Origin: Pyrinomonadaceae bacterium
GTDB lineage: Bacteria; Acidobacteriota; Blastocatellia; Pyrinomonadales; Pyrinomonadaceae
NCBI GenBank assembly: GCA_965247805.1
Contig: OZ252034.1
Span: 3,372,192-3,404,191 of the forward strand
Reading direction: 5' to 3'
DNA: 32,000 nt
The notes under the pieces were generated by a model, which was not told the DNA's origin, made no database searches, and was given only the letters and a program-made list of their open reading frames with translations. Shown here piece by piece: positions 16,711-24,464 of the stretch (positions are counted from its first letter, which is position 1; the number at the start of each line of letters is the position of its first letter). A program made the translations under genes and the position numbers.

Positions 16711-16912
16711 GTCGCTGAAAGCGACCGACAATATAGCGTAGGGTGAAACCCTACGTCAGTTTAATCAATGACGCACTCGCTAAAGGCGAGCAACAAATTT
16801 GCGGCGCATTGTTCGACACCTTCAGCGTCGGAATATATTTTCGATTGACATAGGGTTCTCGCTCATTTCATTCGCTTCACCCTATGCTATATTATTGGTC
16901 GCCGTTGGCGAC
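16711..16912. mobile_element. 202-bp MITE-like element with 37-bp imperfect terminal inverted repeats and nested hairpins
   Basis: GTCGCTGAAAGCGACCGACAATATAGCGTAGGGTGAA (16711-16747) aligns with the reverse complement of 16876-16912. Each end is itself a small hairpin (GTCGC-TGAAA-GCGAC and GTCGCC-GTT-GGCGAC). There is no coding capacity. Confidence 0.5.
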
Positions 16913-16935
16913 TTTAGACAGATAATCCCCGCATA

Positions 16936-17013
16936 AAAAGTAAAAAAGCAAAAGTTAAAGAATCGCTTCCTTACTTTTGCCTTTTTACTTTTACCTTTTG
17001 CCTTTTTACTTTT
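16936..17013. repeat. 20/21-nt tandem repeat plus inverted copy at the 3' end of gltA (probable terminator hairpin)
   Basis: ACTTTTGCCTTTTTACTTTT (16973-16992) is repeated at 16993-17013. An inverted copy, AAAAGTAAAAAAGCAAAAGT, lies at 16936-16955. The gltA stop (17012-17014) sits in the second unit. Confidence 0.6.
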
Positions 17014-18151
17014 ACCTTTCTTCAATCGGAACATATTTCAAATCGCGTGCGCCGATGTATTCGGCACGCGGACGAATGAGTTTGTTGTTGCCGTATTGCT
17101 CTAAAATATGTCCCGTCCAACCGGAAATGCGCGAAACGGCGAAGATCGGCGTGTATTGGTCGAGCGGAATATCCATCAGGTAATATGCCGAAGCCGAATA
17201 GAAATCGACGTTCGGGTGCATTCCTTTTTTCTCCAACATCGCCTTTTCGATTTTTTGCGACATATTGAACCATTTCATTTCGCCGCGTTTTTCGCCCAAC
17301 TGTTTTGAGAATTTGCGAAGCCACGTCGCGCGCGGGTCTTCGGTTTTATAGACGGCGTGACCGATGCCCATAATTTTGCGTTTTTCTTCGAGAGCTTTGT
17401 CGAGCCACGAATCAATATTTTCTTCGCTGCCGATTTCCTTGAGCATTTTCATCACATTCGTATTCGCGCCGCCGTGCAGCGGTCCGGCGAGTGCCGCGAT
17501 TCCGCCCGTGACCGCGCCGTAGATGTCGGCAAGCGTTCCGGCAATCACGCGCGTCGTGAACGTCGAAGCGTTCAGTTCGTGGTCGGCGTGCAGAATTAAC
17601 GCGATGTCGAAAATTTTAGCTTCGTCGGCTTCCGGTTTTTCGCCCGTGAACATATAGAGGAAATTTTCAGCGATGCTCAAACTGTCGTCCGGCGCGATTG
17701 GTTCTTTGCCGGTGCGAATGCGTTCCCACGCGGCGACGACTGTGCCAATCTGTGCAGTTAATTTAACGGCAGTTTTGACGGCAGTTTCGCGGTCGGTTCC
17801 GTGTCCGTTTTTGTCGTAAAATCCAAGTGCGGAAACGCTCGTGCGGAGAACGTCCATCGGATTCGCGTCCTTCGGAAAGGTTTTCATCATCTCGACGAGT
17901 TCCGCCGGAATGTCGCTGTTCGCCTGAAATTGCGCTTTCAAATCTTCGAGTTCCGCTTTTTTCGGCAGACGACCGTTCCAAAGTAAAAATATGACTTCTT
18001 CAAACGTCGAATTCTCGGCTAAATCGTGAATATCATAGCCTTGATAAATTAAAATTCCCTGTTCGCCGTTGACATCGCCGATTGCGCTCTGCGCGGCAAC
18101 TACGCCTCGTAATCCGGCGGTCGCGGCGGTTGATTCTGTTGCTGTACTCAT
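17012..18151 (-). CDS. gltA: Citrate synthase (about 380-aa type; a 2-methylcitrate synthase is not excluded)
   Basis: 379-aa ORF with GPLHGGAN and GIGHAVYKTEDPR motifs typical of citrate synthase. Confidence 0.88.
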   Translation of the reverse strand: MSTATESTAATAGLRGVVAAQSAIGDVNGEQGILIYQGYDIHDLAENSTFEEVIFLLWNGRLPKKAELEDLKAQFQANSDIPAELVEMMKTFPKDANPMDVLRTSVSALGFYDKNGHGTDRETAVKTAVKLTAQIGTVVAAWERIRTGKEPIAPDDSLSIAENFLYMFTGEKPEADEAKIFDIALILHADHELNASTFTTRVIAGTLADIYGAVTGGIAALAGPLHGGANTNVMKMLKEIGSEENIDSWLDKALEEKRKIMGIGHAVYKTEDPRATWLRKFSKQLGEKRGEMKWFNMSQKIEKAMLEKKGMHPNVDFYSASAYYLMDIPLDQYTPIFAVSRISGWTGHILEQYGNNKLIRPRAEYIGARDLKYVPIEER

Positions 18152-18244
18152 AAGTGTAAATATTCCTTGTAACTATAGGATTTTTTATAGTTTAAATTTA
18201 TCAAATGGTCTGATAAGTTACAAGTTTGAAAAAATCTTAGTTTA

Positions 18245-19117
18245 TCAAGCTATAACCTTAATTTTTTGACCGACTTCGGCTTGCAGAATATCTGCCGCCG
18301 AATCTTTAAAAGCGACGATTTCTAAAAACTCCGCGCTTCCGAAAATCATAAAGATTTCGGACTTTTCAGCTTCGGCAAAATAATTTTGCAGTTTTTCGAT
18401 TTTCTTTTCGCCGATCTCCAACTCGAATTTTGCGGGTAAATATTCAGCTTTCAAATTTGTGATGAGATTGCCGAAACGATCAATGTGAATAATTTGCGCC
18501 TCGATTTCGGTTTCGGAGAATTTGCGCGGGTTTGCTTCTTCAAATCTTTTGTAATCAGTTATTTCCCTGCCGAATTCGTTTGGTTTTACACCGTTTGAAA
18601 GATGTGCGGCGACGGGTGCGAAAACGTCCCGTCCGTGAAAAGTCGCGGATACTTTGCCGGCGAAAAATTGTTTGTTCGTCAATTCATAAACATTACAGGC
18701 AGAAGTCCGCGCGTGAGCAGGGGCGTTTTTTGATTCGCCGTCATTTATGCCCTTGCTCACGCGCGGACTTCTGCCTTCGTTGAAGACAAAACTCAGCAGA
18801 CCGTTGTCCGGCGCGATGAAAAAATATTCGTCCGTTTCCACCAAAATCGCGCGTCTGTTTGAGCCGACTCCGGGATCAACGACGGCGACGTAAATTGTTT
18901 GCAGCGGGAAATTTCGATAACAGGCGCGGAGCGTAAAACTCGCGGAGTTTATATTTTGCGGCTCGATTTCGTGCGTAATATCAACAATCTGCGCGGTCGG
19001 ATTAATTGACAGAATCGCGCCTTTCATCGCCGCGACAAAATAATCCTTCGTTCCAAAGTCAGTCAGTAAAGCAATTATTTGTGCTGATTTCGGTTCTTCC
19101 CTTAATTTATTGGTCAT
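18245..19117 (-). CDS. SAM hydrolase / SAM-dependent halogenase-like protein (DUF62 family) carrying an in-frame repeat insertion
   Basis: The ORF is taken from ATG 19117 (MTNKLRE..); the tracked ORF extends to a TTG at 19222. LLTDFGTKDYFVAAMKG, DPGVGS and TFHGRDVFAPVAA motifs are present. Confidence 0.8.
   Translation of the reverse strand: MTNKLREEPKSAQIIALLTDFGTKDYFVAAMKGAILSINPTAQIVDITHEIEPQNINSASFTLRACYRNFPLQTIYVAVVDPGVGSNRRAILVETDEYFFIAPDNGLLSFVFNEGRSPRVSKGINDGESKNAPAHARTSACNVYELTNKQFFAGKVSATFHGRDVFAPVAAHLSNGVKPNEFGREITDYKRFEEANPRKFSETEIEAQIIHIDRFGNLITNLKAEYLPAKFELEIGEKKIEKLQNYFAEAEKSEIFMIFGSAEFLEIVAFKDSAADILQAEVGQKIKVIA
18698..18775. repeat. Palindromic element family 1, copy 2 (78 bp), inside a CDS
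   Basis: GGCAGAAGTCCGCGCGTGAGCAGGGGC (18698-) pairs with GCCCTTGCTCACGCGCGGACTTCTGCC (-18775). It begins on a codon boundary and spans exactly 26 codons, encoding GRSPRVSKGINDGESKNAPAHARTSA. Confidence 0.9.
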
Positions 19118-19238
19118 TCCAAAAAAATATCCACGAAACCCGGCAAAGTCAAAAAGGAGGAAAAATCTTTGCCTGTTTTCGTGGATATTAGAGACGCGAA
19201 AATTAACAGATGATCGCGCCAAAGATTAGTTGCCAACT

Positions 19239-20279
19239 CTAACGAATCTGCGTTTCGTAAGTTGATTTAATGCGAAGCTGCTGCGCTTTATTCAGGCGAA
19301 TTTCTTTGCCGCGTTCGACGACGACCGCGCCGACTCCGAAAGCTGCGCCGACTCCTGCGCCGACGGCTAATCCGACCGGACCGCCGACGACGACACCGAC
19401 CAGTGCGCCGGTTCCGGTTGCCGCGCCGACCTTGACCGAATCGCTTTTGATCGAACTTTTACCTTCGACCGTGCCTTCCGTCACTTGTTTGACGTTATCG
19501 CCTTTGACCGGCAAAACTTCCGTCAGAATCGCGTTGAAATTGCTCCAGCGTCCTTCCGTCAAAACGATGCGGTCAAACGAGAGCAGCATCTCCGAACGGC
19601 GTTTTATTCTGCCGGGTTTTTGAATTTTAGAAACTCGACCTTCGATCATCGCGCCATTTAATTCCATCGGCGAAACGATTTTTCCGGTGAATTTGTCGCC
19701 TTCCTTGCTGCGTTCCGTGCCGAGTTCGTCCGTCAATTCGACAATCAATTCGGTGTCCGTCGGAATAACAATAATCGCATCATTCGTCGGAACATAACTG
19801 ACATCGTTCGTTTTTGTCTGAACCGTCGGGGTCTGTTCGATTGTATTATTGGTGTTTTCCGAAACCGTGTTATCGGTATCCGGCGTTGTTGTCGCGGTGT
19901 TGCCCGTGTTGATTGTCCCGCGTTTTTTCAGTTCGGTCGGCAGCGTTGCATCGAACGAACGCTTTTCAAATCCGGTGTTGTAACCGATTTCAAAACCTTG
20001 CTGATAACCGTCGCGGTAATCTTCGACCACGCCGTAATCTTTGTTATAAGCGCGGTCGGCTTTGGTATATTCGCTGTGGCGCGTATAGCTTTTTGCCGTG
20101 TTGTCAATGACATCGCGGTAGCCAGCCATATAACCGTCCGAATAGCCGGTGCGATAACCGCGTTGCAAAGCGATTTTGCCGTCTTGGGCGTTCGTGGTCT
20201 GAATCGGAAAAGTTAGGAAAGATAAAAAACTCAGGGAAAAAATCAGGGCAAAGCTCGTAAAAGTTCTGTTTAGCTTCAT
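19239..20279 (-). CDS. Secreted hypothetical protein with Tyr/Gly-rich repeats, a Thr/Asn-rich linker and a C-terminal glycine zipper
   Basis: 346-aa ORF with a GGAGG RBS and a signal peptide. GY.DGY.AGY and DGYQQGFEIGYNTGF repeats, and the C-terminal GAATGTGALVGVVVGGPVGLAVGAGVGAAFGVGAVVV. Confidence 0.6.
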   Translation of the reverse strand: MKLNRTFTSFALIFSLSFLSFLTFPIQTTNAQDGKIALQRGYRTGYSDGYMAGYRDVIDNTAKSYTRHSEYTKADRAYNKDYGVVEDYRDGYQQGFEIGYNTGFEKRSFDATLPTELKKRGTINTGNTATTTPDTDNTVSENTNNTIEQTPTVQTKTNDVSYVPTNDAIIVIPTDTELIVELTDELGTERSKEGDKFTGKIVSPMELNGAMIEGRVSKIQKPGRIKRRSEMLLSFDRIVLTEGRWSNFNAILTEVLPVKGDNVKQVTEGTVEGKSSIKSDSVKVGAATGTGALVGVVVGGPVGLAVGAGVGAAFGVGAVVVERGKEIRLNKAQQLRIKSTYETQIR

Positions 20280-20545
20280 TTGACCTCCATATCAAAAAAC
20301 AAGAAATGTTTTGTCCGCTATGATTTATACACTATAACTTAAGAAATTACAAGAAGAATTTTAAAATTAATTTCCAAACGTCCGGCTGTTTAAAAGAAGT
20401 CTCTGATTTGATATTCTTAACTGACAAAATTGCAGTATTTAGCATCTGTTTGTGGTGGAGAGTTAAAATTTTTCCGGTTGTCTTCGGGCAACTTCAAAAT
20501 TAGAAGTAATTTCCCTTTCAAAAGATGCCAGAGCGATTTTATAAA

Positions 20546-20616
20546 TCAGAACAAGAAGCGGTAGCGACTTGTGTAACCTACGCGATTTCACCCGTCACTA
20601 TCTTTCCGGGTTCTGA
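20546..20616. repeat. Degenerate copy of palindromic element family 2 (copy C)
   Basis: The left end TCAGAACAAGAAGCGGTAGCGACTTGTG resembles copy A. The right end ..GTCACTATCTTTCCGGGTTCTGA is only partly complementary. Confidence 0.35.
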
Positions 20617-20643
20617 ATTATTACAATTTTTATCGAGGAATCT

Positions 20644-21984
20644 ATGAAAACACTATTTTTTATCCTAATTTTTTCGCTTGCCGCCGTCGGAATCACCGCG
20701 CAGGCGCGGAAAGTTTTCCCGTATCAATATAAAGTTGACGATTTGCCGAACGGTTTGCGCGTCGTCACCGTGCCGACCGATTATCCGAATCTGGTCGCGC
20801 TTTACACGGTCGTCGGCGCAGGTTCGCGCAACGAGGTCGAAGACAAAAAGAGCGGTTACGCGCATTTTTTCGAGCATCTGATGTTTCGCGGCAGTGAAAA
20901 TTATCCGCCCGGATCGTTTGACGAAATTATGAAACGCGCCGGCGCGTCGTCGAACGCCTACACGACCGACGACCGCACGGTTTATCACGAAACCTTTGCC
21001 AAAGAAGATTTAGAAGAGATTCTGAAACTCGAAGCCGACCGTTTCCAAAAATTAAAATTCACCGAAGAAAAATTCAAGACCGAAGCGGGCGCGGTTTTAG
21101 GTGAATATAATAAAAACAGCGCGTCGCCGTTCAGCAAAATGAACGAAGTATTGCGCGAAACGGCTTTCAAAGATCACACTTACAGCCATACGACGATGGG
21201 CTACGTCGCCGACATCAAAGATTATCCGAATCAATACGATTACGCCTTCCAGTTTTTCAAACGCTTTTATCGTCCCGAAAATACGACAATCATCGTTGTC
21301 GGTGATGTCAAACAGGCGGAAGTTTTGGGACTCGTCAAAAAATATTACGGCGATTGGAACAAGGGCGATTATGTCAATAAAATCACCGCCGAAAAACCGC
21401 AGAATGCGCCGCGCAAAAAGCATATAGACTGGGACTCGCAAACGCTGCCGATTATTGAAATCGCATATCGCGCACCGGCTTTTTCCGAAACTGAAAAAGA
21501 CAAAGCCGCGCTCGATCTGCTCTCGATCATCGCATTCGGTGAAAATTCCGACATCTATCAGAAACTCGTTTTGCAGGAGCAGAAAACCGTTTTCGTCACC
21601 GCCGGAGCCGACGATCACATTGATCCCGAACTTTTCACGGCTTACGCGCAAGTCAAGGACGTGAAAGATATGGACTACGTTCAGGGCGAGATTTTGAAAA
21701 CCTACAAACGCTACACGACCGAACTCGTCCCGCAAACACAATTGGACCAAACTCGTTCGCGTCTGCGTTACGGTTTTGTCCTCGGAATGAACAGCAACGA
21801 CGCGATTGCCGGAACGCTCGCGCAATACATCGGCTTGAGCCGTTCGCCCGACACGATTGACAAAGTTTTCGCGCTTTACGATTCGATCACGCCCGAAGAC
21901 ATTCGCAAATACGCCGCGAAATATTTCACCGACAACAATCAGACGATTGTCACTTTAGCCACGAAAAAAGGAGACGCAAAATAA
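20644..21984 (+). CDS. M16 (pitrilysin/insulinase) family zinc peptidase, catalytic subunit
   Basis: 446-aa ORF with a signal peptide and the inverted zinc motif HFFEH (HxxEH). Confidence 0.85.
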   Translation: MKTLFFILIFSLAAVGITAQARKVFPYQYKVDDLPNGLRVVTVPTDYPNLVALYTVVGAGSRNEVEDKKSGYAHFFEHLMFRGSENYPPGSFDEIMKRAGASSNAYTTDDRTVYHETFAKEDLEEILKLEADRFQKLKFTEEKFKTEAGAVLGEYNKNSASPFSKMNEVLRETAFKDHTYSHTTMGYVADIKDYPNQYDYAFQFFKRFYRPENTTIIVVGDVKQAEVLGLVKKYYGDWNKGDYVNKITAEKPQNAPRKKHIDWDSQTLPIIEIAYRAPAFSETEKDKAALDLLSIIAFGENSDIYQKLVLQEQKTVFVTAGADDHIDPELFTAYAQVKDVKDMDYVQGEILKTYKRYTTELVPQTQLDQTRSRLRYGFVLGMNSNDAIAGTLAQYIGLSRSPDTIDKVFALYDSITPEDIRKYAAKYFTDNNQTIVTLATKKGDAK

Positions 21985-23546
21985 TGCCAAATTCCAGATT
22001 CCAAATTCCAAATTACTTTGCGCCTTTGCGCCTTTGCGCCTTTGCGGGATTAATCTTCGTTCTGACATTCTCGGCGATTGCCCAAAAAACCAAAAAACCG
22101 CCCGTCAAAAATATGAATTCAAACATCGAGACAGTTCTGCAACCGGGCAAATCGCCGCTCGTTTCGCTTCGCATCCAATTTTTAACAGGTTCCGTTGACG
22201 ATCCGAACGGCAAAGAAGGCGTTGCCGCGCTGACTGCCGCGATGATTGCTCAAGGCGGCTCGAAAAACCTGACTTTCGATCAGATTACCGAGCAGTTTTA
22301 TCCGATGGCGGCAGGTTTCGGCGCACAGACCGACAAGGAAATGACGACGTTTGTCGGGCAGACGCACGTTGATAATCTGCCGAAATATTACTCGATAATT
22401 CGCCAAATGCTGCTCGAACCCGGATTTCGTGAGGACGATTTCACGCGCCTCAAGGCGGACGCGATCAATTATCTAAAAACCGGATTGCGCGAAAACAACG
22501 ACGAAGAACTCGGCAAAGAACGCCTTTACAACATCATTTACGCGGGAACGGCTTACGAAAACAATACCGTCGGGAAAATTTCGTCGCTCGAAAAACTGAC
22601 GATTCAGGATGTCAAAGATTTTTACGCCGCAAATTATTCGCAAGGCAATCTCGTCATCGGACTTTCGGGCGGTTTCGACACGAAATTTTCGAGCGCGATG
22701 CTCAAAGATTTTCAGCAATTACCGAAAGGCGGCAAAAAGATGCGAAAACTCGCTGCACCGCAATTAGAAGACGGAATGAAGATTGACATCGTGAAACGCG
22801 AAACCCGCGCGACGGCGATTTCGCTCGGATTTCCGATTGACGTTAATCGTTCATTCGGTAAGGATTATGCCGCGCTCGCGCTCGTCGCTTCGTATTTCGG
22901 TCAGCATCGCTCGTCAAACAGCTATCTTTACGGTCGTCTACGCGAAGTTCGCGGTCTGAATTACGGCGATTACGCCTACATCGAATATTTTCCGCGCGGA
23001 ATGTTTCAGTTTGAACCCGATCCGAACATCGCCCGCAAAATGCAGATTTTCCAAATGTGGATTCGTCCCGTCGAACCGCAAAATGGCAATTTCGCGCTCC
23101 GTGCCGCGCTTTACGAATACGACAAACTGGTCAAAAACGGTTTAGACCAAAAGACGTTTGAAGAGTCGCGCAACTTTTTGACGAAATACGTCAACATTTT
23201 AACGCAGACAAAAGATGCCGAACTCGGCTACGCGCTCGACAGCAAATTTTACGGAATCGGCAATTACAACCAGTATATGAAGGATAATCTGGCGAAACTG
23301 ACACTCGCCGATGTCAATAACGCCATCAAAACCTATCTTTCAACCGAAAAAATGCGCGTCGTGATGATAACCAAAGACGCGGAATCTTTGCGCGACGAAA
23401 TCGTCAAAAATAAACCCGCCAAAATCAATTATGCCGCCCCAAAACCAAAAGAAATCACCGACGAAGACAAAATCATCGAAACTTATCCAATTAAAGTTAA
23501 GCCAAACGATGTGACGATTACGCCGGTTGATAAAGTGTTTGAATAG
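21984..23546 (+). CDS. M16 family peptidase-like protein lacking HxxEH (non-catalytic partner)
   Basis: 520-aa ORF with a TAATG overlap with the upstream M16 gene. It has M16-like length and context, but the equivalent N-terminal region has no HxxEH. Confidence 0.75.
   Translation: MPNSRFQIPNYFAPLRLCAFAGLIFVLTFSAIAQKTKKPPVKNMNSNIETVLQPGKSPLVSLRIQFLTGSVDDPNGKEGVAALTAAMIAQGGSKNLTFDQITEQFYPMAAGFGAQTDKEMTTFVGQTHVDNLPKYYSIIRQMLLEPGFREDDFTRLKADAINYLKTGLRENNDEELGKERLYNIIYAGTAYENNTVGKISSLEKLTIQDVKDFYAANYSQGNLVIGLSGGFDTKFSSAMLKDFQQLPKGGKKMRKLAAPQLEDGMKIDIVKRETRATAISLGFPIDVNRSFGKDYAALALVASYFGQHRSSNSYLYGRLREVRGLNYGDYAYIEYFPRGMFQFEPDPNIARKMQIFQMWIRPVEPQNGNFALRAALYEYDKLVKNGLDQKTFEESRNFLTKYVNILTQTKDAELGYALDSKFYGIGNYNQYMKDNLAKLTLADVNNAIKTYLSTEKMRVVMITKDAESLRDEIVKNKPAKINYAAPKPKEITDEDKIIETYPIKVKPNDVTITPVDKVFE
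21987..22046. repeat. Heptamer x4 followed by octamer x4 tandem arrays covering codons 2-21
   Basis: CCAAATT/CCAGATT/CCAAATT/CCAAATT at 21987-22014. ACTTTGCG/CCTTTGCG x3 at 22015-22046. Confidence 0.85.
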
Positions 23547-23547
23547 A

Positions 23548-23605
23548 AATTTCAAAACCGTTGATAGGACTTATATTTTTAAGTCTTATCAACGGTTTTG
23601 AAATT
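23548..23605 (+). terminator. 25-bp hairpin after the M16 pair
   Basis: AATTTCAAAACCGTTGATAGGACTT matches the reverse complement of AAGTCTTATCAACGGTTTTGAAATT with one mismatch, and a T-rich loop lies between them. Confidence 0.5.
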
Positions 23606-23617
23606 AATAAAATAAAT

Positions 23618-24079
23618 ATGGAAGAAAAACCAATTGAAGTTTTATCGTCTCACGAAAGCGGAGTCAGAAGTATAATTGCCTCAGCGAAAGGGCAAACTTA
23701 TCAGGCATTACATTCTCTCGAAGAAGCACAAAATATTTCGGATGGAGTTGTAATTTTCGAAGGTGACTACGGCGGAACAATTTACTTAACTTGTCCGGCT
23801 GACAAAGTAAAATGCTCGGTAGAAACATTGAAACAATTGCTTGCAGACATTGATGATTGTATTTGGAATAATCCTCACGGCGCAAAAGTCCTTTACGAAC
23901 GTCATCAAATAGGTTCAGGTATTGCAGGCGGAATGGGCGGCGGCATTGTAACGGACGGTGTTTGGATTCACAAAGAACTTACCGAAAAAGATTTGCACGA
24001 AAAAATTGAAGCTGTTTTAAAAGGACAAAATTCAAAATTGCAAATGCCTGAGAAGACATCAGAGTCAATGAATTCCTAA
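23618..24079 (+). CDS. Hypothetical acidic cytoplasmic protein
   Basis: ORF from the ATG at 23618 (MEEKPIEV..). The tracked TTG start at 23561 lies inside the upstream hairpin. No recognisable motif, and GC is lower than in the flanks. Confidence 0.45.
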   Translation: MEEKPIEVLSSHESGVRSIIASAKGQTYQALHSLEEAQNISDGVVIFEGDYGGTIYLTCPADKVKCSVETLKQLLADIDDCIWNNPHGAKVLYERHQIGSGIAGGMGGGIVTDGVWIHKELTEKDLHEKIEAVLKGQNSKLQMPEKTSESMNS

Positions 24080-24116
24080 ACGGCAAAACCAAAATTGCCG
24101 ACAATAACGAATGGGA

Positions 24117-24186
24117 TCAATTTTGCGGTGAATAAATTATGACACAAAACAAAACTGTTTCAGTTGAAGGAATTCGCGCTAATTTG
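24117..24186 (+). repeat. Left direct repeat: duplicated 5' end of the aminotransferase gene
   Basis: TTATGACACAAAACAAAACTGTTTCAGTTGAAGGAATTCGCGCTAATTT differs from TTATGTCACAAAACAAAACTCTTTCAGTTGAAGAAATTCGCGCTAATTT at 24922-24970 at 3 of about 49 positions. Weaker similarity extends upstream. Confidence 0.85.
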
Positions 24187-24225
24187 TTGACTTTTGGTAT
24201 GACCGATGGTATTACTATTTTATGA
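24139..24225 (+). pseudogene. 28-codon relic of the aminotransferase N-terminus, now a leader ORF coupled to the antitoxin
   Basis: Encodes MTQNKTVSVEGIRANLLTFGMTDGITIL*. The first 15 aa match MSQNKTLSVEEIRAN of the intact gene at 12 of 15 positions. Its TGA overlaps the antitoxin ATG (ATGA at 24222-24225). Confidence 0.6.
24187..24215 (+). promoter_or_regulatory. Candidate sigma-70 promoter for the toxin-antitoxin cassette
   Basis: TTGACT (24187-24192), a 17-nt spacer, then TATTAC (24210-24215). This would leave a very short leader before the ATG at 24222. Based on consensus similarity only. Confidence 0.3.
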
Positions 24226-24464
24226 GTGTTGCAAAAGTAACTATTTCTATCGAATCGGGCTTGCTTAATAAGGTTGATTATCTTGTCAAAGAGCGTGTTT
24301 TTTCTAATCGCAGCCAAGCAATTCAGTCGGCGGTGGCGGAAAAAATTTCAAAATTGAACAGCAATCGTCTGGCGCGTGAGTGTGCGAAATTAGACAAGGC
24401 GGAAGAACAATCGCTGGCTGATTTGGGTTTGGCAAATGAGGCGGACGAATGGCTCGAATATTAA
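24222..24464 (+). CDS. Ribbon-helix-helix (CopG-like) antitoxin
   Basis: 80-aa ORF. The N-terminal KVTISIESGLLNKVDYLV..RSQAIQSAV pattern fits RHH. It overlaps the downstream toxin gene by 16 nt. Confidence 0.8.
   Translation: MSVAKVTISIESGLLNKVDYLVKERVFSNRSQAIQSAVAEKISKLNSNRLARECAKLDKAEEQSLADLGLANEADEWLEY

Noticed and set aside
16973-17013. The tandem repeats here and at 22015-22046 could be CRISPR-like arrays.
   Set aside because: The units are 7-21 nt, directly abutting with no spacers, and present in only 2-4 copies. No cas genes are present.
21097-21825. Long antisense ORFs in the track: 242 aa at 21097-21825 (-), 179 aa at 13024-13563 (-), 169 aa at 12735-13244 (-), 195 aa at 15179-15766 (+), and several of 100-125 aa opposite gatA and the GGDEF-EAL genes.
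   Set aside because: Each lies wholly opposite a CDS with clear family motifs. Their products are Arg/Phe/Ile-rich and low-complexity with no motif or RBS. They are typical shadow ORFs.
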